From positions 256,741 through 320,740 of the forward strand of contig JBBTQS010000001.1 in assembly GCA_038065555.1 (NCBI GenBank): a stretch of 64,000 nucleotides of DNA. The letters are read 5' to 3'. The DNA is from Patescibacteria group bacterium (lineage in GTDB: Bacteria; Patescibacteriota; Patescibacteriia; Magasanikbacterales; JBBTQS01). Below are positions 46,597-54,016 of the stretch, one piece after another. The translations under genes and the position numbers were made by a program. Position 1 is the stretch's first letter; every line of letters starts with the position of its first letter. The notes beneath the pieces are model-generated. The model saw only the letters and a list, made by a program, of their open reading frames with translations. It had not been told where the DNA came from and searched no databases.

Positions 46597-47972
46597 ACCA
46601 CAACATGAGCGCCCACGAGCAACAACCCAATCGGCAACCACATTTTGCCGGAATAATACGACGTATTAAAAATCTGATACACAATCGCCCCCGATGCTGC
46701 GACAAAGAGCGCCACCACCAGCGGATACTCCGGAAGTGACCGTGCACGCATCACTCCCCGCCATCCATACAACATAAATATCGTGAGCATCAACACCCAG
46801 GTAATGAGTCCCAACAGTCCACTCTCAGCAATAATCTTCTGCAACATCCCGTGCGCATCGAGTGGATCACCATACTCGATCACATACACATGCGTATCTG
46901 CAACAATGGACAAGAATGTTCCCGGTCCCTGACCCAACAGCGGTCGATCGCGGAAATACTCCCAAGAAATTCGCGCCAAATCAATACGCGTGTCATTGCT
47001 CCCCGCCACCAGCGAGCTCGTACTAATCGCTATCATGTAGACGAGTATTGGCAACAAGAGCGCAAGCGCCAACCCGACCATCTGCCGGCGAAATCGCACG
47101 ACAGGAAGTCGACCAATAGAATCGCGCATGAGCCATAACGCAAGCAGGCATTCAACGAACAATACAATCCACGCACTGCGCGCGAACGTAAGTAACGTTG
47201 CAACCAGAATCAATGCATTCCCCACGAACAACCAACGACGCACATGCGGACGATCTTCCTGATGCAACAAATACGCACCAATAGGCAGAATAACCACGAG
47301 CACTTCAGCCAACAAATTATGGTTAGTTCCAAACGGCGTCCAACCAGCAAGTGCAAAAGGCGTCACACGAGTCCACCCACCTTGGGCCGCTCCTAGTATC
47401 AACGAAATCATCCCCATCACCGCGCCCCCAACTCCGACACCGTACATCCACCGCAGCACACGATCCAACGCCTCACGCGTTCGTACAATAGTGAACGGAA
47501 GGAGCACCCACATCAGATACATGAAGAGCATCGGTCGCAGTACGTATTTGACCCCAATCCCCAGCGCATCTTCACGCGTCGCAAATACCACCGACAACAA
47601 TTGTACAAACAAAAATAACCAGAACACCGCACTATGCGGCGCGAGTCGTGGCCGCTCCTCACGCCCAGGAATTCCCCACAGTGCGAGCAATCGCACGCTA
47701 TACGAAATCAACAACACTAATGCAAAGAAATCTGCAGCCGGTGCATCAATCGTATTGAGTATAGGAATATGTCGCGACCAATTGTACACACCGAAATTAA
47801 TCACCCACCCACTCATCGGCATGAGCGCCGCAAGCAAACACATCCCTGCGACAGGAAAAAAAGCCAGCGCAGTAATCACACCAGCGCCTACTAGGACAAT
47901 AAGAGGTAACCAACCTGGTATGATCGTTGCAAGTATTGCTGCCCCAACCAGTGCCACAAAAAAAACAAACAT
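46563..47972 (-). CDS. O-antigen ligase (Wzy_C) family membrane protein (no TPR tail)
   Basis: Polytopic membrane protein with the LTFARSAWIVLFVECLLALWL Wzy_C core; start uncertain. Confidence 0.6.
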   Translation of the reverse strand: MFVFFVALVGAAILATIIPGWLPLIVLVGAGVITALAFFPVAGMCLLAALMPMSGWVINFGVYNWSRHIPILNTIDAPAADFFALVLLISYSVRLLALWGIPGREERPRLAPHSAVFWLFLFVQLLSVVFATREDALGIGVKYVLRPMLFMYLMWVLLPFTIVRTREALDRVLRWMYGVGVGGAVMGMISLILGAAQGGWTRVTPFALAGWTPFGTNHNLLAEVLVVILPIGAYLLHQEDRPHVRRWLFVGNALILVATLLTFARSAWIVLFVECLLALWLMRDSIGRLPVVRFRRQMVGLALALLLPILVYMIAISTSSLVAGSNDTRIDLARISWEYFRDRPLLGQGPGTFLSIVADTHVYVIEYGDPLDAHGMLQKIIAESGLLGLITWVLMLTIFMLYGWRGVMRARSLPEYPLVVALFVAASGAIVYQIFNTSYYSGKMWLPIGLLLVGAHVVVWKYRESKSFI

Positions 47973-48071
47973 CGTACGACGTTCGACGAATGATTGCGTG
48001 ACGGAACGAGAGATGCGCAGCGCGTGCATATGCGTGCAGTATATCACAAACTAAACACCTCGAACCCAAAA

Positions 48072-48112
48072 ACAAAAAAGAGACCTCAGTTGCTGAGAAT
48101 CTCTGCCGCTCC
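48072..48112 (-). terminator. intrinsic terminator
   Basis: On the minus strand, an AGAGAUUCUCAGCAACUGAGGUCUCU hairpin followed by UUUUUUGUUUUUGG, 30 nt after the stop of the small Gly/Asp-rich protein gene. Confidence 0.45.
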
Positions 48113-48139
48113 ATCAACTACGCTCGTGTGCGTAGGATG

Positions 48140-48373
48140 TTAGTCGCCACCGCCTCCGTCGCCGCCAGAATCACCGCTGCCCCAGTCACCGTCTCCGCTG
48201 TCACCGCCACCAGATCCGCCGAACAGATTTCCGACGAAATCCAGGAAGCCGGAGAAGCCACCACGATCGTAGCGCGAAGGCGTGCGTACGAGGTAGGCCA
48301 GCACGATGATCACGAACAGAACCACGATAGCGATGACTACGATGCAGCCCTGAGTACCCAAGAACTCACACAT
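48140..48373 (-). CDS. small single-pass membrane protein with Gly/Asp-rich C-terminal tail (about 77 aa)
   Basis: MCEFLGTQGCIVVIAIVVLFVIIVLAYLV TM helix, then GGFSGFLDFVGNLFGGSGGGDSGDGDWGSGDSGGDGGGGD; AAGGAGG RBS 7 nt before the ATG; consensus TATAAT -10 upstream. Confidence 0.5.
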   Translation of the reverse strand: MCEFLGTQGCIVVIAIVVLFVIIVLAYLVRTPSRYDRGGFSGFLDFVGNLFGGSGGGDSGDGDWGSGDSGGDGGGGD

Positions 48374-48388
48374 GCAGTTTCCTCCTTG

Positions 48389-48420
48389 GATTATACCTGC
48401 TATTGCGAGCGTACCACACA
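48389..48420 (-). promoter_or_regulatory. promoter with consensus TATAAT -10 for the small membrane protein
   Basis: Minus-strand GGTATAAT located about 12 nt upstream of the AAGGAGG RBS; weak -35 (TTGTGT/TGTGGT). Confidence 0.4.
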
Positions 48421-48585
48421 ATATCGCGAGGTTCAAGATGTCTATAAATCGAAAAGCCGGAGAGCGTCATGGAGATGTTGAATCTGCATGCGCTCGCCGG
48501 CTTTCGGTCGGTTGCCTCATTGCTGAGGCAAGTTGTTCGCGCTATCGAGTGCGCGAGTATTCAATGATCGTCTTCCGAACCTCGA

Positions 48586-50268
48586 TTAGTTCGGTGGGGT
48601 GTAGGTGCACAGGTAGTTGAGCCCCTGCGAACCATTGGTCACTTCGACACAGTCGACCGAGCCCGTACCCGTGTTGGCCATGAGAACGTCCACGGATTGG
48701 ATACCGGGATTCTCCCACGGCGTCGGGAAGTAGAACTTCTGGAACGACGAGGCGGCGACCTTGTACTCGATGAAAAGGATGAAGTAGGTGATGTCGTTCC
48801 CGAAGACCGGGATCTCGAACTCCTTCCATCCTTCGATCAACAGCGGCGTCGTGCTGTTGATCCCCCAGTCCGTGTAGGTGCGATCTCCGCTACCGTACGG
48901 ATCCTCGAGGTCCTCGTAGTTCTCGCAGCTGAACTCGTTGATCGCCCACCCAGCCGCCTTCTTGGCCGGGTCGGTCTCGAGCTGCCCACTTGCGCAGGTA
49001 TAGCCGTTGACCTCGAGCGAGTAGATGTTCGCTGATGACTTCTTCGTGACCTGAACCGCGATTTCGACGAGGCTGAGCGGATTGGCCGGCGGCTCGGGAT
49101 CAGTTGCACACTGACCACCGATACTGCAGGCGCAAACCGGCACGTTGCTGCACTGACCGCTCACACAGGAGTCGGCCGTGCATGCCTTGTCGTCGTTGCA
49201 GTTCTTGGCGACTCCGACGCACGCGCCTCCGACGATGATCTCGTCGTTGACCGTACAGCTATCGAAATCGTTGCAGGCGTCGCCGACTTGCGGTCCGACC
49301 ACCACGCACTGCCCCGTTGACGCGGAACACTCTTTGCCGTCGGCGCACTGGACCGGCTCGTTGACACAGGTGCCGCTGACGCAACCGTCTTGCGTGCACT
49401 TGCTGTTATCGAGACACTCCTTCTGCACGCCGTGGCACTCGCCGTTCTGCTTGATCCGATCCGTGACCGTGCAGGGGTCATTGTCGTTACACGACTCGCC
49501 CGGCTGCGGCTCGACGACCGGCTCCTTGCAGACGCCAGACTCGCAGACGTCACCGTCCACGCACTTGGGCGAGGTCGCGCAACCGCTGTCACCCTCGCAG
49601 GTGTCGTTGGTACACGCATTGCCGTCGTCGCACACCTTTGCCACCGCGACGCACTTCTTGCCGTCGCAGGTGTTGTCAGTGCAGAGATCGCCGTCGTCGC
49701 ACAAGGCATTCTTCGCCGTGTGCGAACAGTTGCCGTCGACAATCGCGTCGACGGTGCACGGAACCTCGTCGTCGCAGTCCGGGACCACCACCACTTCGAC
49801 GCATTTGTCGGCGTCGTCGTCGCAGTAGTTACCGTCACCGCAGTCGCGCTCGAAGTGGAGGCAGTCGCCCGTCTCCGCTTCGCACTCGTCCGTGGTGCAG
49901 AACTTGCCGTCGGCGCACGTGCGGACTTCTCCGCCGTTGCACTCGAATTCACCGTCGGCATTCGCATGCCAGCAGGTGCCCTCGGTGCACGGCTTGCCGT
50001 CATCGCACGGGTCGCCTTCCTTCGGGCCGGACGAATCCGGCTCGACGGTGACGTCCTTGGGCGGGACGTAGGTGTCGGCGCTGTCGGTCGCGTCCGAACC
50101 ATCCGTCGTGTCGGGCGGGACGTACGTATCCGGCTGCCCGGCGTCGTACGGCTCCTGCCACGTGTCGGACGGCGGCGGGTTGTTGTACCCCACGTCGTAA
50201 CCATACGGAACAGCAGCCTGACACGCACCCATGAACATCGCCGCCAGTACCACCACCAACTTCTTCAT
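48586..50268 (-). CDS. secreted lipoprotein with tandem cysteine-rich CxDGxxCTxDxC repeats and a C-terminal beta-rich domain
   Basis: MKKLVVVLAAMFMGAC lipobox; Pro/Asp-rich linker; about 8 repeats such as CDDGKPCTEGTC, CDDGDLCTDNTC, CDDGNACTNDTC; the gene is markedly GC-richer than flanking DNA. Confidence 0.6.
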   Translation of the reverse strand: MKKLVVVLAAMFMGACQAAVPYGYDVGYNNPPPSDTWQEPYDAGQPDTYVPPDTTDGSDATDSADTYVPPKDVTVEPDSSGPKEGDPCDDGKPCTEGTCWHANADGEFECNGGEVRTCADGKFCTTDECEAETGDCLHFERDCGDGNYCDDDADKCVEVVVVPDCDDEVPCTVDAIVDGNCSHTAKNALCDDGDLCTDNTCDGKKCVAVAKVCDDGNACTNDTCEGDSGCATSPKCVDGDVCESGVCKEPVVEPQPGESCNDNDPCTVTDRIKQNGECHGVQKECLDNSKCTQDGCVSGTCVNEPVQCADGKECSASTGQCVVVGPQVGDACNDFDSCTVNDEIIVGGACVGVAKNCNDDKACTADSCVSGQCSNVPVCACSIGGQCATDPEPPANPLSLVEIAVQVTKKSSANIYSLEVNGYTCASGQLETDPAKKAAGWAINEFSCENYEDLEDPYGSGDRTYTDWGINSTTPLLIEGWKEFEIPVFGNDITYFILFIEYKVAASSFQKFYFPTPWENPGIQSVDVLMANTGTGSVDCVEVTNGSQGLNYLCTYTPPN

Positions 50269-50321
50269 ATCTCTTCTCCCGGGCCACTTGGACCCTTGCT
50301 CAAGAAATCGCTTTCGAGGGC

Positions 50322-50333
50322 TGACACATGTCA
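50322..50333. promoter_or_regulatory. perfect 12-bp palindrome TGACACATGTCA in the 5' UTR of the Cys-rich lipoprotein gene
   Basis: Inverted repeat TGACA-CA-TGTCA about 55 nt upstream of the start codon; candidate operator. Confidence 0.3.
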
Positions 50334-50486
50334 CCCCTCACCATCGCATTCAGTTTTCAAACGTCGATTTGGTAAGTCGCACATTGCTGTGACGTCTTCC
50401 AATCGTTCGGCTCAAGGCAACACACGAAGGAGGGTACGTGCGTTACCGAACCGAACGATTGCAAAACACCAGTAAATGAACAAGAA

Positions 50487-50515
50487 AGAATACCATATTT
50501 AGCTTAATTTGTCAA
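50487..50515 (-). promoter_or_regulatory. sigma70-type promoter CCTTGACAAAT-17-TATTCT
   Basis: Minus-strand TTGACA/TATTCT with 17-nt spacer, about 210 nt upstream of the lipoprotein start (long 5' UTR containing a 62-nt hairpin at about 50400-50461). Confidence 0.45.
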
Positions 50516-50526
50516 GGGGTAAAAGT

Positions 50527-50572
50527 GGCTAAAATAGCAAGAACCCGCAAAATCGTTTGACTTTGCGGGTTC
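50527..50572 (-). terminator. intrinsic terminator GAACCCGCAAA-N10-TTTGCGGGTTC
   Basis: Perfect 11-bp stem followed on the minus strand by UUGCUAUUUU; lies between the OmpA-like gene end and the next promoter. Confidence 0.5.
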
Positions 50573-50658
50573 AGGTTTTCCCTTTCAGGATCAATTGTGG
50601 GCATTCACTCGCACGTGAAAGGGGTCGTGCGGGGTGGTTTAATGTCGCCCTAGTGGAT

Positions 50659-52092
50659 CTAGAAGCGGACGCCGAGCAAAGCCTGGCCGTCGACGGCTGC
50701 CTCGGCAGAGGTCACGCCGGGCACATCGTTGCCACCGCTGACCTCGAAGCCGATGAAGCCATTGACCGGCGCGCGCTGGTCCTCGAGGAAGTACGCCTTG
50801 TACCCGAATCCGGCTCCGAAGAACACGAAGTCCGAGTACCCCGGCTTGTGCGTCGAGTACCAGGTGAACCGACCGTTGATGGAGAACATGTGCCGACCAA
50901 CCCGACCGAAGACGCCGTAGCGAACTCCGCCGTTCCAGCCTGCATCTGCCTCCTTGTCAGCTTCGGGGAAGCTGTTGGTCGATCCAACTGCCAGGGAGCC
51001 ACCGATGTAGGCGCCCCAGTTCTCGTGCCACTGGAACAGCATGTCCAAGGACAGCTGCCCCATGACGAGTGTCTCGTTGACGTCGAGATCGAGGTCGCCC
51101 ATCACGCGATGGACCGACACTCCAGCCGCAAGTTCGATCGCCGCGTAGGAGAACGAACGAGTGCTGGTTGAACCGACGGTGCCGTTCTTGATGATGCCAT
51201 CGACGTCCTTGCGAAGGCCGTCGATTTCGCGCCATTGGCTGACGTTGTCGTCCTCGAGATCGCCGACGCGCTTGTTGAGCGTCTGGAACTGGGATTCGAA
51301 GTAGCCGACGACGGATTCCGTGTTGGGACCGAGATCCCACACGACAACCGCACGCAGACCCTTGCGTTGATTCCCAACTCCAGGCAGCGCACGCGCCGTC
51401 TGGAAGCCGCCATTGGCCAGCAACTGATTGAATCGCGAGACCCGGAGGTCTGCGAGCATCCGGTTGCAGCTGCTGTGCGTCTTGCCCTGCGTCTGGCACC
51501 GGATCTCATCCGCGAACCCGACCAGACCGATGTCGTGGCCGGACTTCGCGACGCTCAACGCCTTGTCCACGCACTGCTGCGTCGACGCGTTGGCCTCGTA
51601 CTTCCCGACTTCGTACATCGCCACGCAGACGATGTGGTTGTCGAGTCGCCCGAGGACGCTGTGCGCCGCTCGCTGTGCTTGGACGATATGCGGGCGAGCG
51701 CGAACCGTCATCGCGGGACCGGCCTCGGCTGCACGTGTTGCCACGCTCAGCTTCGACTTGAGGTCTGCGACGACGTTGAGCAACTCGGCGTTGTTCGTCT
51801 TGAACGCCGCGAGCTGCTCATTGACCGCTGCGAGGAGCGCCTTGATGCGCTCGTTCTCTTCGCGGGCGGCGGCGAGGTCGGCGAAACCGTTCCCGTTGGC
51901 CTGTGCGGCCTCGAGAACACGGCAACGCTCATTCGCGGCCTCGAGCAGGGCCTTGACCCGCTCGAGCTCGTTCAAGTCCGACTCCAAGGTGGGGTCGAGC
52001 ATGACGATGGTGTCGTCGGCGACAGCGGCGAACGGGATGAACAGAGCCGCGACGATCGCGGCGAGAACGAGGTTGCAGAGGAACTTCTTCAT
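50659..52092 (-). CDS. OmpA-like peptidoglycan-binding domain protein with N-terminal coiled-coil and C-terminal beta-barrel-like region ending in Phe
   Basis: Signal peptide; coiled-coil (LNELERVKALLEAANERC...); OmpA_C-like core (IGLVGFADE...NRMLADLRVSRFNQLLANGG...LRAVVVW); alternating-hydrophobic C-terminal half ending ...ALLGVRF. Confidence 0.55.
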   Translation of the reverse strand: MKKFLCNLVLAAIVAALFIPFAAVADDTIVMLDPTLESDLNELERVKALLEAANERCRVLEAAQANGNGFADLAAAREENERIKALLAAVNEQLAAFKTNNAELLNVVADLKSKLSVATRAAEAGPAMTVRARPHIVQAQRAAHSVLGRLDNHIVCVAMYEVGKYEANASTQQCVDKALSVAKSGHDIGLVGFADEIRCQTQGKTHSSCNRMLADLRVSRFNQLLANGGFQTARALPGVGNQRKGLRAVVVWDLGPNTESVVGYFESQFQTLNKRVGDLEDDNVSQWREIDGLRKDVDGIIKNGTVGSTSTRSFSYAAIELAAGVSVHRVMGDLDLDVNETLVMGQLSLDMLFQWHENWGAYIGGSLAVGSTNSFPEADKEADAGWNGGVRYGVFGRVGRHMFSINGRFTWYSTHKPGYSDFVFFGAGFGYKAYFLEDQRAPVNGFIGFEVSGGNDVPGVTSAEAAVDGQALLGVRF

Positions 52093-52279
52093 GACTAACT
52101 CCGGCCCCCTTTTCGAATAAAGGTAGGAGGCAAACCGTTTGAGACACTAACGTAAATTGTCGATGTGCGGGTTTCCCCCGCGTCGCCCTTTCGGGTGGGT
52201 ACTGGGGAAAACCATGTGTACCGCGATATTCCCACAGAATACTCTGGAAATATCGCGAAACACTTGAATTGAACGTCGA

Positions 52280-52308
52280 ATCGTATCACAATCTACAGAT
52301 TTTGTCAA
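52280..52308 (-). promoter_or_regulatory. sigma70-type promoter CTTGACAAAA-17-TACGAT
   Basis: Minus-strand -35/-10 with 17-nt spacer, about 185 nt upstream of the OmpA-like gene start; the leader contains the CGCGATATTCC...GGAAATATCGCG hairpin (52223-52257). Confidence 0.45.
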
Positions 52309-52421
52309 GTAGTCATTCTAGCTGAAATAACTCGAGGCTCGCGATTTCTTCCCGTAGGGTTGAAATCGCGAGCCTCGTCGTTGACGCCATCGTCGCTGTT
52401 GGCGGCGATGACATCAGAGCG

Positions 52422-53180
52422 TTAGCGGCATTCGAGCTGACACTTGGTGTCTGCCCCACAGCGCGCAATGCACTCTTGAGCCCATCCAGACGCGGGCGAA
52501 CCCTCGTCAGACGGCACGCTGGCGACCGCGGGCTTGCTGGGCTTGGTGACCCGAGCAACGCCGCGGCGCGCACCCTTGGGGATGGACTTGCCCGGGCTCG
52601 CCGCGCGCTCCACAGCCGGTGAGGCGGTGGAAACGGCGAGCGTCGTGCTCAGGCGGCGCAGGACCTCCTTCACGTAGGACAGCTTGGTATCGTCATTGCT
52701 GACGAGCTTGCGCTGCTCTTCGCGAAGGGCCTTCTCGAGACGTCGGATCTCGAGATGCGCCACATCGACGTCCTTGGGATCGAGCTGGGCCGAGTTGCCA
52801 GCGTCGTCCTCGAGCGCGATGGCCACCCGGTAGACCTGGTCGACATCCCAGTCGTCGTTGACGGCGTTCTTGAGGTCGTACCCAGGAAAGGCGTCAGTCG
52901 GCGGGGTCGCGGCGGGGTTGGCCGGGATCTCGGTCGCCTTGCGGACGACCTCGACCAGGCGCGGATCGCGAGCGAGCTGGAGCAGGGCCTCGCGGGCCTG
53001 CTCGAGCAACTCCTCCTTGGCCTCCTCCTTGGGGAGCTGGCGACGGAGCTTGGCGCACTCCGCGGCCGTGGTGCACGTCGGATTGACCGTCGGCGGCGCG
53101 CAGTACGCGACGCCGGTGTAGAAACACGCGATCGCTGCGATCGCGAGGACGGCCATCTTGGAAACGAACTTGTTTCGCAT
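52422..53180 (-). CDS. hypothetical secreted coiled-coil protein with terminal Cys pairs
   Basis: Signal peptide MRNKFVSKMAVLAIAAIACF; N-terminal CTTAAEC and C-terminal CIARCGADTKCQLEC Cys clusters; Ala/Glu/Arg-rich helices; GC-rich. Confidence 0.45.
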   Translation of the reverse strand: MRNKFVSKMAVLAIAAIACFYTGVAYCAPPTVNPTCTTAAECAKLRRQLPKEEAKEELLEQAREALLQLARDPRLVEVVRKATEIPANPAATPPTDAFPGYDLKNAVNDDWDVDQVYRVAIALEDDAGNSAQLDPKDVDVAHLEIRRLEKALREEQRKLVSNDDTKLSYVKEVLRRLSTTLAVSTASPAVERAASPGKSIPKGARRGVARVTKPSKPAVASVPSDEGSPASGWAQECIARCGADTKCQLECR

Positions 53181-53355
53181 TTGCTCTCTCTCCCGCCCAC
53201 ATCAACTGATGGGGCAACGTGGTGAAGTCCGTCGTGATACGGCGGACAGGGACAATTGTAGGTACTACTCGGTTGATGCCGTTGCTACGAATGTAGCTTC
53301 GGCGAAGAACGATTCGTTAAGCGAGGGGTGAAAAACACCGATCGCAGAACCGAGT

Positions 53356-53384
53356 AAACTAACACGTTTGCGCAGTTTTGTCAA
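53356..53384 (-). promoter_or_regulatory. sigma70-type promoter CTTGACAAAA-17-TAGTTT
   Basis: Minus-strand -35/-10 with 17-nt spacer, about 175 nt upstream of the 52422-53180 gene. Confidence 0.45.
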
Positions 53385-53396
53385 GACTTGCGCGAT

Positions 53397-53957
53397 TTAG
53401 ACGTGTTTTTTCTTCTGAAATAGGACAAAAATTGATGCGAGGATGGCGCCGAAGAGGAAGCCGATCAGACCATTCATGGGGAGATTTGGGCGAACTGGAA
53501 ATCGTGAGGCAATGGGCTCGTCTGCGATCTTGAATGTGGCCTGAGCACCTACATACTCAATACCGTACTCCATGATTGTTTTGCTCACACCCTGTGCGAG
53601 AATCACTGCTTGTGCGGGATCTGTGCTATACGCTGTCATGCGCAGGAGGCCAGTACCAGGAGTCACATCTGATTCAATATTCTTGAGCCAGTATTTGCGA
53701 CGCAGACGCTCCTCAGTTGGGAAGGCAGTTTGATCAATGCGTGGCTCCACCTCGAGCACGCGGCCGAGGAACTCACTCGTCCCGATGGCAAGCGCGAGGT
53801 TCTCACCTACTCGCTCCGAGGATTTGATCACTGTGTATGGATCCACACCAAATCCCTGACGCGGAATCACGAACACTCCAGCAGTAGCAGAATATTTGAG
53901 CGGGAAGAAAAGACTCACAATGATTGCGATGAAGAGTCCGATGAACCCCACACTCAT
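53397..53957 (-). CDS. Wzz/chain-length-determinant-like (polysaccharide co-polymerase) small bitopic membrane protein
   Basis: N- and C-terminal TM helices flanking an approximately 130-aa extracytoplasmic domain; C-terminal GLIGFLFGAILASIFVLF typical of PCP proteins. Confidence 0.45.
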   Translation of the reverse strand: MSVGFIGLFIAIIVSLFFPLKYSATAGVFVIPRQGFGVDPYTVIKSSERVGENLALAIGTSEFLGRVLEVEPRIDQTAFPTEERLRRKYWLKNIESDVTPGTGLLRMTAYSTDPAQAVILAQGVSKTIMEYGIEYVGAQATFKIADEPIASRFPVRPNLPMNGLIGFLFGAILASIFVLFQKKKHV

Positions 53958-54016
53958 GATGAAGCGAGATCGAGATACGAGAATCAAAAGGTACGATGGG
54001 TGGGACATAGTGATGA

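Noticed and set aside
48837-52147. Numerous long ORFs on both strands and in several frames within the GC-rich island (e.g. 49161-50228 -, 49390-50475 +, 50957-51499 -, 51235-52098 +, 51428-52120 +), many encoding Arg/Ala/Pro-rich low-complexity sequences
   Set aside because: These are typical stop-codon-poor artefacts of high-GC DNA. They overlap, in alternative frames, the three real genes, which have signal peptides, recognisable domains and upstream promoter/RBS signals.
48437-53396. Chimeric assembly as the explanation for the GC-rich island
   Set aside because: Not fully excluded, but disfavoured: the island genes use exactly the same CTTGACAAAA-17-TAnnnT promoter architecture as genes elsewhere on the contig, and the flanking genes form continuous functional context; this needs read-level verification.
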